Positions 1-9,562 of a stretch of DNA of 64,000 nucleotides are shown here, one piece after another. Numbering within the stretch: position 1 is the first letter of the stretch; each line of letters starts with the position of its first letter. Made by a program: the position numbers and the translations under genes. The stretch covers positions 312 to 64,311 of the forward strand of contig JAEWFB010000486.1 of NCBI GenBank assembly GCA_023389095.1. Reading direction: 5' to 3'. The notes under the pieces were generated by a model. The model saw nothing but the letters and a program-made list of their open reading frames with translations, did no database searches and was not told the DNA's origin. Source of the stretch: Actinomycetes bacterium. Lineage in GTDB: Bacteria > Actinomycetota > Actinomycetes > Actinomycetales > Dermatophilaceae.

Positions 1-910
1 GGCGCAGGGCGCGCTCGGCGATGGCAGCCAGGACCTCGACGCGCAGTCGCGTGTCGAAGCCGACCTGCTCGCGGCTCGAGCCGATGAGCACCGTTCCCGC
101 TGCAGTGGACTCGACGACGGCAGAGGTCTGCAGCGCGGCGTCGGCCGACTGGGTCGCGCCGAAGTAGTCGCCGTCGTAGACCTTGTGCCGGATGCGGTGC
201 GGCATGCGGGTGGTGACGAGGACCATCCCCCGGCGTGGCCGCACGGGCAGTGGCGCGCCGAGACGGTCGCCGACGATCCCGGACCAGGGCCCCGCTGCCA
301 CGACCACGGCATCGGCGGCCAGGGTGCCGGTGGACGTGCGGACCCCGGTGACCCGCCCGCCGCTCGTGACCGCACCGAGCACCTCGGTCTGCGAACGGAC
401 CGTGACACCGAGCCGCCGCGCGGACGCCAGGAGCGCCTCGGCCGCGACGACGGGCTGCACCTGGGCGTCCTCGGGGTAGTGGACTGCGGCGGTGATGGCG
501 GGGGAGAGGTCGGGCTCGAGCGCGAGGGCCTCCGCGAGGTCGACCGGTCGGGCATCGACGCCGACGGCGCGCTGGTCGCGGGCGAACTCCAGCAGTGGCC
601 CCGCCCCTTCGCGGGTCGTGGCGGCGACGAGCCCGCCCTTGCGCTCGTACTCGACCGACGGGAACCGGGGCCCGAGCTCCTCGGCCAGCCGCGCGGCCAT
701 CTCCGGCCAGAGCGAGGACGCATACCGTGCCAGCTCGAGCTCGGGGCCGGGGCCCTTGTCGGAGACGAGGACGTTGCCCTCGCCGTGCGCGCTCGTGCCG
801 GTGGCCGGGGTGCCGCGCTCGAGGATGGTGACGCGCGCCCCGTCGCGGGCCAGCGCACGTGCGCAGGCGGCGCCGATGATGCCGGCGCCGACGACGATGA
901 CGTCGCTCAT
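1..910 (-). CDS. FAD-dependent oxidoreductase (DAO/glycine oxidase family; probable hydroxyproline dehydrogenase subunit), 3' end beyond window edge
   Basis: Not in the ORF track because it runs off the edge. ATG at 910 with AGGAG RBS. Translation MSDVIVVGAGIIGAACA...ILERG...GTSAHGEGNVLVSDK...VAAGPWS...PRRG...GSSREQVGFD has the GxGxxG Rossmann motif and DAO-family features. Confidence 0.85.
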   Translation of the reverse strand, partial: MSDVIVVGAGIIGAACARALARDGARVTILERGTPATGTSAHGEGNVLVSDKGPGPELELARYASSLWPEMAARLAEELGPRFPSVEYERKGGLVAATTREGAGPLLEFARDQRAVGVDARPVDLAEALALEPDLSPAITAAVHYPEDAQVQPVVAAEALLASARRLGVTVRSQTEVLGAVTSGGRVTGVRTSTGTLAADAVVVAAGPWSGIVGDRLGAPLPVRPRRGMVLVTTRMPHRIRHKVYDGDYFGATQSADAALQTSAVVESTAAGTVLIGSSREQVGFDTRLRVEVLAAIAERALR

Positions 911-1047
911 GCTGCTCCTGTCGTGCGTTCGGACGTGTGCGGGGAGGAGGCCCTGGGGCTCGAGCGATGGCTCGGGTGGACGGCGTCGGGCACGGCCGGG
1001 TGTGCACCGGGTCGCCGGGCGTGGGCTGCCGCAGCGCTCGGGCGGCC

Positions 1048-1728
1048 TCAGTGCTCGGTCTGGCCCGCCCACAGCCCGAGGGAGTGCCCGATGTGGCGCT
1101 CCATGAGCGTCCGGGCCCCGGCTCCGTCGCCACCGGCGAGCAGGTCGAGCAGCTCGTGGTGCTCGTGGGCGGACTCGATGAGGCGGCTCGTTCCGGCGAT
1201 GGCGGAGAGACCGAGCAGGCGGGCCCGACTCCGCAGGTCGCTGACGATCTCGACGGTGATCGGGTTGCCGAGCATCGCCGTGAGCCGGACGTGGAAGGCG
1301 GTGTCGGCCTCGAGGTAGGCCACGAGGTCGCCGGTTCGGGCTCCCTCGACGATCCGGTCCGCGCCGGCGCGCAGCTCGGGGAGGGCGGCCGACGGGAACG
1401 AGGTGGCGAGCCGCTCCATGCAGGTCGGCTCGATCATCAGGCGCACCGAGGCGACATTGCGCAGCACGTCCTCGCTGACGACCGTGATCCGGAAGCCCTT
1501 GTTGCGCACGGGTTCGACGAAGCCCGCCTTCTCGAGCTCGAGGATGGCCTCGCGCACCGGGGTCGCCGACACGTTGAACCGGGTGGCGAGGGTGGGCACG
1601 GACACGAGCTGCCCGGGAGCCAGCTCGCCCGTCACGATCGCGGCGACGAGGGCGCGGCGCACGCGCTCGCGCAGGCTCTCGGTGGGTTCGATGCGGCGGA
1701 GCGAGCCGCTGGCGGTCGACGTGCTCAT
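1048..1728 (-). CDS. GntR/FCD family transcriptional regulator (HypR-like)
   Basis: SLRERV...GELAPG...LATRFNVSATPVREAI...VRNKGFRI winged HTH. FCD domain with D..FH and EHHELL. ATG at 1728 with AAGGAG RBS. Confidence 0.88.
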   Translation of the reverse strand: MSTSTASGSLRRIEPTESLRERVRRALVAAIVTGELAPGQLVSVPTLATRFNVSATPVREAILELEKAGFVEPVRNKGFRITVVSEDVLRNVASVRLMIEPTCMERLATSFPSAALPELRAGADRIVEGARTGDLVAYLEADTAFHVRLTAMLGNPITVEIVSDLRSRARLLGLSAIAGTSRLIESAHEHHELLDLLAGGDGAGARTLMERHIGHSLGLWAGQTEH

Positions 1729-1790
1729 CCGTCTCCTTCCGATGGCACGGCGTCGACGGTCACGGTGCGCGACAGGACCCTCGTGCGGGA

Positions 1791-1816
1791 TCAGTAATAT
1801 CTTACGTAGCATTGAG
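1791..1816. promoter_or_regulatory. Putative GntR operator, copy 1 (TCAGTAATATCTTACGTAGCATTGAG)
   Basis: 21/26 identical to the copy at 1992-2017. AT-rich, with terminal inverted TCAGT/ATTGA. Adjacent to a minus-strand TTGACA (1824-1829). Confidence 0.6.
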
Positions 1817-1914
1817 TCGTTCGTGTCAAGCGTGCTGCAGACCGGCGGCTCCGACGGTGCAGCTCGGCTGTCGTGACGTGCTTCCTCTCGCGAAGTCTGT
1901 GCTTGTCACATTTC

Positions 1915-1928
1915 TGTGAACGCTAACA
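1915..1928. promoter_or_regulatory. LacI-type (arabinose regulon) operator TGTGAACGCTAACA
   Basis: Matches sites at 13356-13369, 13435-13448 and 21256-21269. Central CG palindrome typical of LacI operators. Confidence 0.7.
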
Positions 1929-1991
1929 TCGGGTCTTCCCCTGACAAGTCGGCGTGTGGTTGACTCCCCGGCAATCGCATCCGTCCAGCGG

Positions 1992-2017
1992 TCAGTGAAA
2001 TATCACGTAGCACTGAG
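1992..2017. promoter_or_regulatory. Putative GntR operator, copy 2 (TCAGTGAAATATCACGTAGCACTGAG)
   Basis: TCAGTG...CACTGA inverted ends. Overlaps the GAGGAG RBS of the GH127 gene. Confidence 0.6.
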
Positions 2018-2029
2018 GAGAACCGTTTC

Positions 2030-4036
2030 GTGCCTGGCTCCGCCACCTCCCTGCCTGCCTCCCCCGACGCCTCTCGTCGTGCCCCGGGGGCGAGGTCCCG
2101 CGCGTCGTCCGCCCCCGCCGCGGACCTGGCCGGGCCGCTCGGACGCCCGCTCGGCGCCGCCGCCGTCCGGCTCGGTCCCGGGCTGCTGGCCGACTGGCAG
2201 GCCCGCAACCGCGACGTCACCGTGCCGCACACGACGCGTCAGGTGCGGCAGGCCGGCAACCTCGAGAACTTCCGTCGCCTCGCCGACGGCACCGGGGCGT
2301 CCTTCGCCGGCCGCTACCCGTTCCTCGACACCGACGTCTACAAGACGCTCGAGGGCCTCGCCTACGAGCTGGCCCACCCGGAGTCGGAGCAGGACCGTGC
2401 GTGGTTCGGCGAGGCGTGCGACTTCTACGAGACCGCGGTCGACCTCGTCGCCCGCAGCCAGCGCCCGGACGGCTACGTCGGCACGGCCTTCGCGGGGGAG
2501 GGGGCGCTGCGTGAGCCGTGGGCCGACCTCGCCTGGGGGCACGAGATGTACAACCTCGGCCACCTGACCCAGGCCGCGGTCGCCGCGTCGCGCCGGCTCG
2601 GAGACCGACGGCTTCTCGAGGTCGCCTGCCGGTTCGCCGACCTCGTGGTCGAGCGCTACGGCGATGCGGGTGAGCCGGCCTACTGCGGCCACCCCGAGGT
2701 CGAGATGGCGCTCGTCGAGCTGTACCGCGAGACCGGCGAGCACCGGTACCTGCGCCAGGCGCAGCTGTTCGTCGACCGGCGCGGCGCGGGGACGCTGACG
2801 CACTCGATCTTCCCGCCCGACTACTTCCAGGACCACGCGCCCCTGCGCCGGATGGACTCGGTCACCGGTCATGCCGTGCGGATGGTGTACCTCGCGGCGG
2901 GGGCCACCGACGTGGCCGTCGAGACCGGTGACACCTCGCTCCTCGCCCACCTGGGGTCACTGTGGGACGACATGGTCGCGACCAAGTCGTACCTGACCGG
3001 GGGTCTCGGGGCCCGGCACTCGGACGAGGCGTTCGGCGACCGGTACGAGCTGCCCTCGGAGCGCGCCTACGCCGAGACGTGCGCAGCCATCGGTGCCATG
3101 CAGTGGGGATGGCGCCTCTTCGTCGCCACGGGACGCGCCGACGTCCTCGACGCCGTCGAGCGCATCCTCTACAACGCCTACGCCGTCGGGCTCGGGCTCG
3201 AGGGGGCGTCGTTCTTCTACGACAACCCCCTGCAGCGACGCCCCGACCACGAGCAGCGCTCCGGCGCCGAGACCGGCGGCGAGCCGCTGCGCCGGGCCTG
3301 GTTCGGCTGCCCCTGCTGCCCGCCCAACGTCGTGCGCTGGATGGCCCAGCTGCAGGACCACGTCGCCGTCGCCGACGAGGCGTCGCTCACCCTCGGCATC
3401 CTCGCCGCGGGGCAGGTCGACTCGCCGGCCCTCGACGTCGACGTCGAGACCGGCTACCCCTTCGAGGGGACGGTGGAGGTGCGCGTCCGACGCGGCTCCC
3501 CGGACGAGGTGACCCTCGCGCTGCGCGTCCCCGGGTGGGCGCGGGGCGCCACCGCGACGCTGGACGGTGAGCCCGTTCCCGGCGTCGCGCCGGGGTGGCT
3601 GCGCCTGACGCGGCGGTGGAACCCGGGGGAGCGACTCCGGCTCGAGCTGCCGATGCGGGTCCGCCGCATCGTGTCGCACCCGCACGTCGACGCGACGCGT
3701 GGGGCGGTCGCCGTCGTCCGCGGCCCGGTCGTGCACTGCCTCGAGCAGCAGGACGCCCCGGCTGCCGTCGACGACCTCGTACTCGTCGGCGCGCGCGAGG
3801 CCGCGACTCCCGGTCAGGACGCCGTGACGGCCCACGCGGTCGAAGGCCTCTTCGCCGTCCGCCCGGCCCGATCGGCCGACCCCTACCCCGAGCTCGACGC
3901 GTCCGGCCAGGCCACCGACGTCGAGCAGGGCGAGTCCTCAGAGCCAGCACCGGTGATCCCGGTGCCGCTCGTCCCCTATTTCCTCTGGGGCAACCGAGAG
4001 CCCGCGGCCATGCGGGTCTGGTTGCGCCAGAGCTGA
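2030..4036 (+). CDS. GH127 beta-L-arabinofuranosidase (HypBA1-like), cytoplasmic
   Basis: FLDTDVYK, HEMYNLGH, GHPEVE, GHAVR, EAFG, YAETCAAIG and WFGCPCCPPN (Zn-Cys catalytic site). No signal peptide. Confidence 0.92.
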   Translation: MPGSATSLPASPDASRRAPGARSRASSAPAADLAGPLGRPLGAAAVRLGPGLLADWQARNRDVTVPHTTRQVRQAGNLENFRRLADGTGASFAGRYPFLDTDVYKTLEGLAYELAHPESEQDRAWFGEACDFYETAVDLVARSQRPDGYVGTAFAGEGALREPWADLAWGHEMYNLGHLTQAAVAASRRLGDRRLLEVACRFADLVVERYGDAGEPAYCGHPEVEMALVELYRETGEHRYLRQAQLFVDRRGAGTLTHSIFPPDYFQDHAPLRRMDSVTGHAVRMVYLAAGATDVAVETGDTSLLAHLGSLWDDMVATKSYLTGGLGARHSDEAFGDRYELPSERAYAETCAAIGAMQWGWRLFVATGRADVLDAVERILYNAYAVGLGLEGASFFYDNPLQRRPDHEQRSGAETGGEPLRRAWFGCPCCPPNVVRWMAQLQDHVAVADEASLTLGILAAGQVDSPALDVDVETGYPFEGTVEVRVRRGSPDEVTLALRVPGWARGATATLDGEPVPGVAPGWLRLTRRWNPGERLRLELPMRVRRIVSHPHVDATRGAVAVVRGPVVHCLEQQDAPAAVDDLVLVGAREAATPGQDAVTAHAVEGLFAVRPARSADPYPELDASGQATDVEQGESSEPAPVIPVPLVPYFLWGNREPAAMRVWLRQS

Positions 4037-4077
4037 TCCCAGCACGTCAACCCATTCGAACTCCCCGGAAGGTCACC

Positions 4078-5787
4078 ATGAAACGGCACCTCACCACGAC
4101 CGTGGCCCTCGCCGCGACCGCTGCGTTCGGCCTCGGCGCCTGCGGCGGCGGCGCGTCCAGCGGACCGACCAGCACCGGCACGTCGTTCACCGCCACCCCG
4201 GCCCGGGGCGGCATCGTCGACGTGCTGCAGAACGCCGACTTCTCCTACCTCGACCCGGCCCGCGGCTGGGACGGCGGCGTCAACAACTTCTACCGCCTCG
4301 TCTACCGCACCCTGACGACACCCGCCCCGGGCAACGCCGAGGACCCGAACGCGATCGTCCCCGACCTCGCCACCGGTCTGGGCAAGCAGTCCGACGGCGG
4401 CAAGACGTGGACGTACACCCTCAAGCAGGGCCTGAAGTTCGACGACGGCACCCCGATCACCTCGGCCGAGGTCAAGTTCGGCATCTCTCGCTCGTGGGAC
4501 CCCGAGATCGGCATCGGCTCCCCGTACGCCAAGCAGGTCATCGCCGCTCCGGCCGGCTACCAGGGCCCGTACCGCTCCGGCGACCTGTCGACCATCGAGA
4601 CACCGGACCCGCAGACGATCGTCTTCCACCTCAAGAAGCCGTTCCCGGAGTTCGACGCCGTCGTCTCGCAGGTCAACATGACGCCGTTCCCCAAGGGCAG
4701 CGGCGCCGGTGACTCCTTCCTCAAGGCGGTCATCGCGTCGGGCCCCTACAAGCTGGCCTCCTACACCCCGGGCAGCCTCATCCAGCTCGAGCGCAACCCG
4801 AGCTGGGACCCGAAGACCGACGACGTCCGCACCGCGAAGCCGGACGGCTGGCGCTTCACGATGGGCCTGGACCCGGCCACGATCGACGAGCGGCTCATGG
4901 CGGGCCAGGGCGCCGACGTCAACGCCATCGCCGGCACGATCCAGGCCTCGACGCTGCCCCGGCTGCAGACGCCGCAGCTGAAGGACCGCGTCCTGCGGAT
5001 GTCCGGCATCTGCACCACCTACATGTCGCTCAACACGACGAAGAAGCCGCTCGACGACGTGCGGGTGCGCCAGGCGATCAGCTACGCCGTCGACAAGGCG
5101 GCCGTCCAGAACGCGACCGGTGGCACCCAGCTGGCGACGATCGCGACGACGACGCTGCCCAAGACCGTCGCCGGCCACAAGGGCTTCGACCTCTACCCGA
5201 GCCAGGGCCACGGCGGCGACGTCGAGGCCGCCAAGAAGCTGCTCACCGAGGCCGGCCAGTCGGCGGGCTTCCCGCTCGTGCTCGACATCCGGTCCCAGCC
5301 CAAGATGCAGAAGCAGGCCGAGGCGATCCAGCAGTCGCTCAAGCGGATCGGCATCGACGTGCAGCTCAACGTCATCGACACCTCGAAGTACTACGAGACG
5401 ATCGCGACGCGGTCCCAGCAGCACGACGCCGCGATCACCGGCTGGTGCCCGGACTGGGCGTCGTCGGCGGCGACCTTCCTGCCGCCGCTGTTCTACGGCC
5501 CCACCATCACCGACAAGGGCAACCAGAACCTCGCCCAGCTCGACGACCCGGCCGTCAACCACGCGATCGACGAGATCGGTGCGATGACCGACCTCGCCGC
5601 GGCCAACAAGCGGTGGGGTGAGCTCGACGAGCAGATCAGCAGGCTCGCGCCGATCGTGCCGCTCAACGTCGAGCAGGCGGTGTACCTGCCGGGCAGCAAC
5701 GTCGCCGGGCTGTTCGCCTCGCCGGGCGCGGCCACGGGCGGCATCGACTACGTCCTCGTCGGGCTGCGCGACCCGTCGAAGAAGTGA
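4078..5787 (+). CDS. ABC transporter substrate-binding lipoprotein, family 5 (peptide/OppA-like)
   Basis: Lipobox LGAC. LDP...LVYRTL...PDLA...TWTYTLKQGLKFDDGTPITS and SGPYK, W.PDW motifs. ATG at 4078. Confidence 0.92.
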   Translation: MKRHLTTTVALAATAAFGLGACGGGASSGPTSTGTSFTATPARGGIVDVLQNADFSYLDPARGWDGGVNNFYRLVYRTLTTPAPGNAEDPNAIVPDLATGLGKQSDGGKTWTYTLKQGLKFDDGTPITSAEVKFGISRSWDPEIGIGSPYAKQVIAAPAGYQGPYRSGDLSTIETPDPQTIVFHLKKPFPEFDAVVSQVNMTPFPKGSGAGDSFLKAVIASGPYKLASYTPGSLIQLERNPSWDPKTDDVRTAKPDGWRFTMGLDPATIDERLMAGQGADVNAIAGTIQASTLPRLQTPQLKDRVLRMSGICTTYMSLNTTKKPLDDVRVRQAISYAVDKAAVQNATGGTQLATIATTTLPKTVAGHKGFDLYPSQGHGGDVEAAKKLLTEAGQSAGFPLVLDIRSQPKMQKQAEAIQQSLKRIGIDVQLNVIDTSKYYETIATRSQQHDAAITGWCPDWASSAATFLPPLFYGPTITDKGNQNLAQLDDPAVNHAIDEIGAMTDLAAANKRWGELDEQISRLAPIVPLNVEQAVYLPGSNVAGLFASPGAATGGIDYVLVGLRDPSKK

Positions 5788-5794
5788 CGCCCGC

Positions 5795-6769
5795 ATGACG
5801 ATCACCCCCACCGAGCTCGAGCGCCCCGGTGAGGCTCTCCCGGGCGGCGCGACGGATGCCGTCGCGCCGCCCGCGGAGCCGGCCTCCGGCGCCCGGGTGC
5901 TGCGAACCCTGCGCCACGACGCCGGTGCCGTGCTGTCGGCGAGCTACATCGGGCTCGTCGTCCTCATGGCCCTCCTCGCCCCGCTCATCGTCAAGGTCAG
6001 CGGGTGGTCGCCGTACGAGTTCGACCAGTCGGCGATCGACCCGAACCTCGGCGGGGTGCCGCTCGGTCCCTGGGGCGGCATGAGCGCCGACCACTGGTTC
6101 GGCGTCGAGCCGGGCAGCGGCCGGGACATCTTCGCCCGCGTCGTCTACGGAGCCCGGGTCTCGATGACGATCGCGCTCGCGGCGACGGCCCTGACCACGG
6201 TCCTCGGCGTGACGTTCGGTCTGCTCGCCGGCTACTTCGGCGGCAAGGTCGACCAGGTCGTGTCGCGCGTCATGGACTTCCTCATGGCCTTCCCCGCGCT
6301 CATCTTCATGATCGCGGTGCTCTCGGCGCTGCCGGCAGGCAACCGCTCGACGCTGCTCGTCGTCGTCATCTCCGTGTTCGGCTGGCCCTACCTGGCCAGG
6401 ATCGTGCGGGGCCAGGCGATGTCGACCGCCCGGCGCGAGTTCGTCGAGGCGGCCCAGGCGTCCGGCGCCTCCGGGGTGCGCATCGTCTTCGCCGAGATCC
6501 TGCCCAACCTTCGGTCCACGATCATCGTCATGGTCACCCTCTCGGTGCCGGGCTACATCGGTACCGAGGCAGGCCTGTCGTTCCTCGGCGTCGGCGTCGT
6601 GCCGCCCGAGCCCTCGTGGGGGCAGATGATCGCCAGCTCGGTCAGCTGGTACTCGGTCGTGCCGACGTACTTCGCGATCCCCGGGCTGTTCCTGTTCCTG
6701 CTCGTGCTGTCGTTCACCGTCCTCGGAGACCGACTGCGTGCCGTCATCGACACCGGGGAGGCCCGCTGA
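5795..6769 (+). CDS. Peptide ABC permease (OppC-like)
   Basis: HWFG...GRDIFARVVYGARVS, EFVEAAQASGAS, EAGLSFLG and PSWG.MI motifs. Confidence 0.92.
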   Translation: MTITPTELERPGEALPGGATDAVAPPAEPASGARVLRTLRHDAGAVLSASYIGLVVLMALLAPLIVKVSGWSPYEFDQSAIDPNLGGVPLGPWGGMSADHWFGVEPGSGRDIFARVVYGARVSMTIALAATALTTVLGVTFGLLAGYFGGKVDQVVSRVMDFLMAFPALIFMIAVLSALPAGNRSTLLVVVISVFGWPYLARIVRGQAMSTARREFVEAAQASGASGVRIVFAEILPNLRSTIIVMVTLSVPGYIGTEAGLSFLGVGVVPPEPSWGQMIASSVSWYSVVPTYFAIPGLFLFLLVLSFTVLGDRLRAVIDTGEAR

Positions 6770-7761
6770 TGCCCCGCTACCTCGTCGGCAGGATCGCCGC
6801 CATGGTCGGCGTGCTCCTGCTCGTCTGTCTCTTCACCTATGCCGTGTTCTTCCTGCTCTCGCCCGACCCGGCGGTCCAGGTGTGCGGCAAGAACTGCACC
6901 CCCGAGCGGATCGACCAGATCCGGCAGAACCTCGGGCTCGACCAGCCGTTCTGGACCCAGTTCCTCACCTTCCTCCGGGGCCTCGTCGCCGGTCGCACCT
7001 ACGGCGAGGGCGCGAACGCGGTCCAGTGCGCCGCGCCGTGCCTCGGCTACTCCTTCCAGTCCAGCCAGTCGGTCACGGACATGATCGTGCAGCGGCTGCC
7101 CGTGTCGGCGACCGTCGCGATCGGTGCGGCGGTGCTGTGGCTGCTCGTCGGCGTCGTCTCGGGGCTCGTCGGCGCGGTCAAGGAGGGCACGTGGGTGGAC
7201 CGCGCGCTCACCGGCCTGACGCTCGGTGGCCTCAGCATCCCCAACTACGTCCTCGCGCTGGTGCTCCAGTACGTCCTCGTCGTCCAGCTGCAGTGGCTGC
7301 CCTTCCCGCAGGCCGTGCCGTTCGGTGAGGACCCGGGGCGCTGGTTCCTCAACTTCGTCATGCCGTGGATCGTGCTGGCCGTCGGGTACGCGGCCGCCTA
7401 CACGCGTCTGACCCGCGCCAACGTCATCGACACCCTCCAGGAGAACTTCCTGCGCACCGCCCGCGCCAAGGGCCTGGCCCCGCGGCTCGTCTGGCGTCGC
7501 CACGCGCTGCGGCCGGCCCTGACCCCGGTCGTGACGGTGTTCGGCATGGACTTCGCCGGGCTCCTCGGCGGTGCCCTCATCACCGAGACGGTCTTCGGCC
7601 TCAACGGGGTCGGGAAGATGGCCGCCGACTCGATCGCCAAGAACGACCAGCCGGTCATCATGGGCGTGACGCTGCTGGCGGCGTTCTTCGTCGTGGTCGG
7701 CAACGTCGTCGTCGACGTCGGCTACACGTTCATCGACCCGAGGGTGCGGGTGGCGGCATGA
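6769..7761 (+). CDS. Peptide ABC permease (OppB-like)
   Basis: LGLDQP, RLPVS, FLRTARAKGL and ITETVFGLNGVG motifs. TGATG translational coupling. Confidence 0.92.
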   Translation: MPRYLVGRIAAMVGVLLLVCLFTYAVFFLLSPDPAVQVCGKNCTPERIDQIRQNLGLDQPFWTQFLTFLRGLVAGRTYGEGANAVQCAAPCLGYSFQSSQSVTDMIVQRLPVSATVAIGAAVLWLLVGVVSGLVGAVKEGTWVDRALTGLTLGGLSIPNYVLALVLQYVLVVQLQWLPFPQAVPFGEDPGRWFLNFVMPWIVLAVGYAAAYTRLTRANVIDTLQENFLRTARAKGLAPRLVWRRHALRPALTPVVTVFGMDFAGLLGGALITETVFGLNGVGKMAADSIAKNDQPVIMGVTLLAAFFVVVGNVVVDVGYTFIDPRVRVAA

Positions 7762-8672
7762 GCCCGACGAGCACGTCCACGACGAGGACGACCAGGACCC
7801 CGGGGCTCGCGAGCCGCACCAGCGGGCACCCCACGGCCTCAGTGGCGCTCGAGGTCCGCGACCTCACGGTGTCCTTCCCGACGACCAGCGGCACCGTCGA
7901 CGTCGTGTCGCACCTCGACCTCGACCTCGAGCCGGGCGGGGCCCTCGGCATCGTCGGCGAGTCCGGGTCCGGCAAGTCCTTGACGAGCCTCGCGGTCATG
8001 GGGCTCCTGCCGCGCACGGCCACCCGCACCGGAACGGTCCGGCTCGGTGGTGAGGACCTCACGGCGATGTCCGAGGCCCAGCTGCGCCGGGTCCGTGGCG
8101 ACCGCGTCGCCATGATCTTCCAGGACCCGCTGTCCTCGCTGAACCCGTACTACACGGTCGGCGCCCAGATCGAGGAGGCCTACCGGTCGCACCGGCGCGG
8201 CGTCACCAGGCGCCAGGCCCGCGCCGTCGCCGTCGAGGCGATGGACCGGGTCCACATCAAGGACGCCGGCCGGCGGGTGGACCACTACCCGCACCAGTTC
8301 TCGGGCGGGATGCGGCAACGCGTCATGATCGCCATGGCGCTCGCGACCGAGCCCGAGCTCCTCATCGCCGACGAGCCCACGACGGCCCTCGACGTCACCG
8401 TCCAGGCGCAGATCCTGTCGTTGCTCGAGGAGATCCGCCGCGACACCGGCACCTCGCTCGTCCTCATCACCCACGACCTCGCCGTCGTGAGCGAGGTGAC
8501 CGACCACATCGTCGTCATGCGGGCCGGCGTGTGCGTCGAGCGCGGGCCGGTCGAGGCCATCTTCAGCGACCCGCAGCACCCCTACACGCAGGGACTGCTC
8601 GAGGCCGTACCGCGCATCGACGACGAGATCGGCGACCTGCGCAGCCTGACCCCGACAGGAGGCCACCGATGA
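7758..8672 (+). CDS. Peptide ABC ATP-binding protein (OppD-like)
   Basis: GESGSGKS, IFQDP, FSGGMRQR, ADEPTTALD and HPYT motifs. ATGA overlap. Confidence 0.92.
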   Translation: MSPTSTSTTRTTRTPGLASRTSGHPTASVALEVRDLTVSFPTTSGTVDVVSHLDLDLEPGGALGIVGESGSGKSLTSLAVMGLLPRTATRTGTVRLGGEDLTAMSEAQLRRVRGDRVAMIFQDPLSSLNPYYTVGAQIEEAYRSHRRGVTRRQARAVAVEAMDRVHIKDAGRRVDHYPHQFSGGMRQRVMIAMALATEPELLIADEPTTALDVTVQAQILSLLEEIRRDTGTSLVLITHDLAVVSEVTDHIVVMRAGVCVERGPVEAIFSDPQHPYTQGLLEAVPRIDDEIGDLRSLTPTGGHR

Positions 8673-9559
8673 CCGCCAGCCCGATCCTCGAGGCGGAGCA
8701 CCTCGTCAAGGAGTTCGCCGTCGCCGGTACGGGAGGACTCGTGCGGAAGGCCCGCACCTTCCGCGCGGTCGACGACGTCAGCCTTGCCGTGCACCCGGGC
8801 GAGACCCTTGCGCTCGTGGGCGAGTCCGGGTCGGGCAAGTCGACGACGGCTCGGCTCGTGGCCCGGCTGCTCGACCCGACCTCCGGCACCGTCCGGTTCG
8901 ACGGCCAGGACGTGACCGGGATGGGCGGCCGTGACCTGCACGCGTTCCGCAACGAGGTGCAGGTCGTGTTCCAGGACCCGTACTCCTCCCTCAACCCACG
9001 GCACACCGTCGAGCGGATCGTCACGGCACCGTTGCTCTACCAGGGCCGTCGGCCGCCGGGCGGGTCCCGCGCGTTCACCCAGGCCCTGATGGAGCGCGTG
9101 GGCCTGGACCCGGACCAGTGGCAGCGGCACCCGGCCCAGTTCTCCGGCGGCCAGGCGCAGCGCATCGGCATCGCCCGGGCCCTGGCGGTGGGGCCACGCC
9201 TCGTCGTCTGTGACGAGGCGGTGTCGGCCCTCGACGTGTCGGTGCAGGCGCAGATCATCAACCTGCTGCGCGACCTGCAACGTCAGGAGGGCTTCAGCTA
9301 CCTGTTCATCGCCCACGACCTCGCCGTCGTCCGGCAGATCGCCTCACGCGTCGCGGTGATGTCGGGCGGACGCGTCGTCGAGGAGGGCGACCGGGACCGG
9401 GTCTTCGACGACCCCCAGCACGAGTACACCCGGACGCTGCTGGCCGCCGTGCCGCGGATCCGGCCCGAGTGGGAGGCTGCACGCAGGGCGAGGGCCGCCG
9501 AGCGGCTCCGCGCGACAAGGGATTCCGTAGACGCCGGCGCTGCACGCAGAGGAGCCTGA
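8669..9559 (+). CDS. Peptide ABC ATP-binding protein (OppF-like)
   Basis: GESGSGKST, FSGGQAQR, CDEAVSALD and IAHDL motifs. ATGA overlap. Confidence 0.92.
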   Translation: MTASPILEAEHLVKEFAVAGTGGLVRKARTFRAVDDVSLAVHPGETLALVGESGSGKSTTARLVARLLDPTSGTVRFDGQDVTGMGGRDLHAFRNEVQVVFQDPYSSLNPRHTVERIVTAPLLYQGRRPPGGSRAFTQALMERVGLDPDQWQRHPAQFSGGQAQRIGIARALAVGPRLVVCDEAVSALDVSVQAQIINLLRDLQRQEGFSYLFIAHDLAVVRQIASRVAVMSGGRVVEEGDRDRVFDDPQHEYTRTLLAAVPRIRPEWEAARRARAAERLRATRDSVDAGAARRGA

Positions 9560-9562
9560 CCC

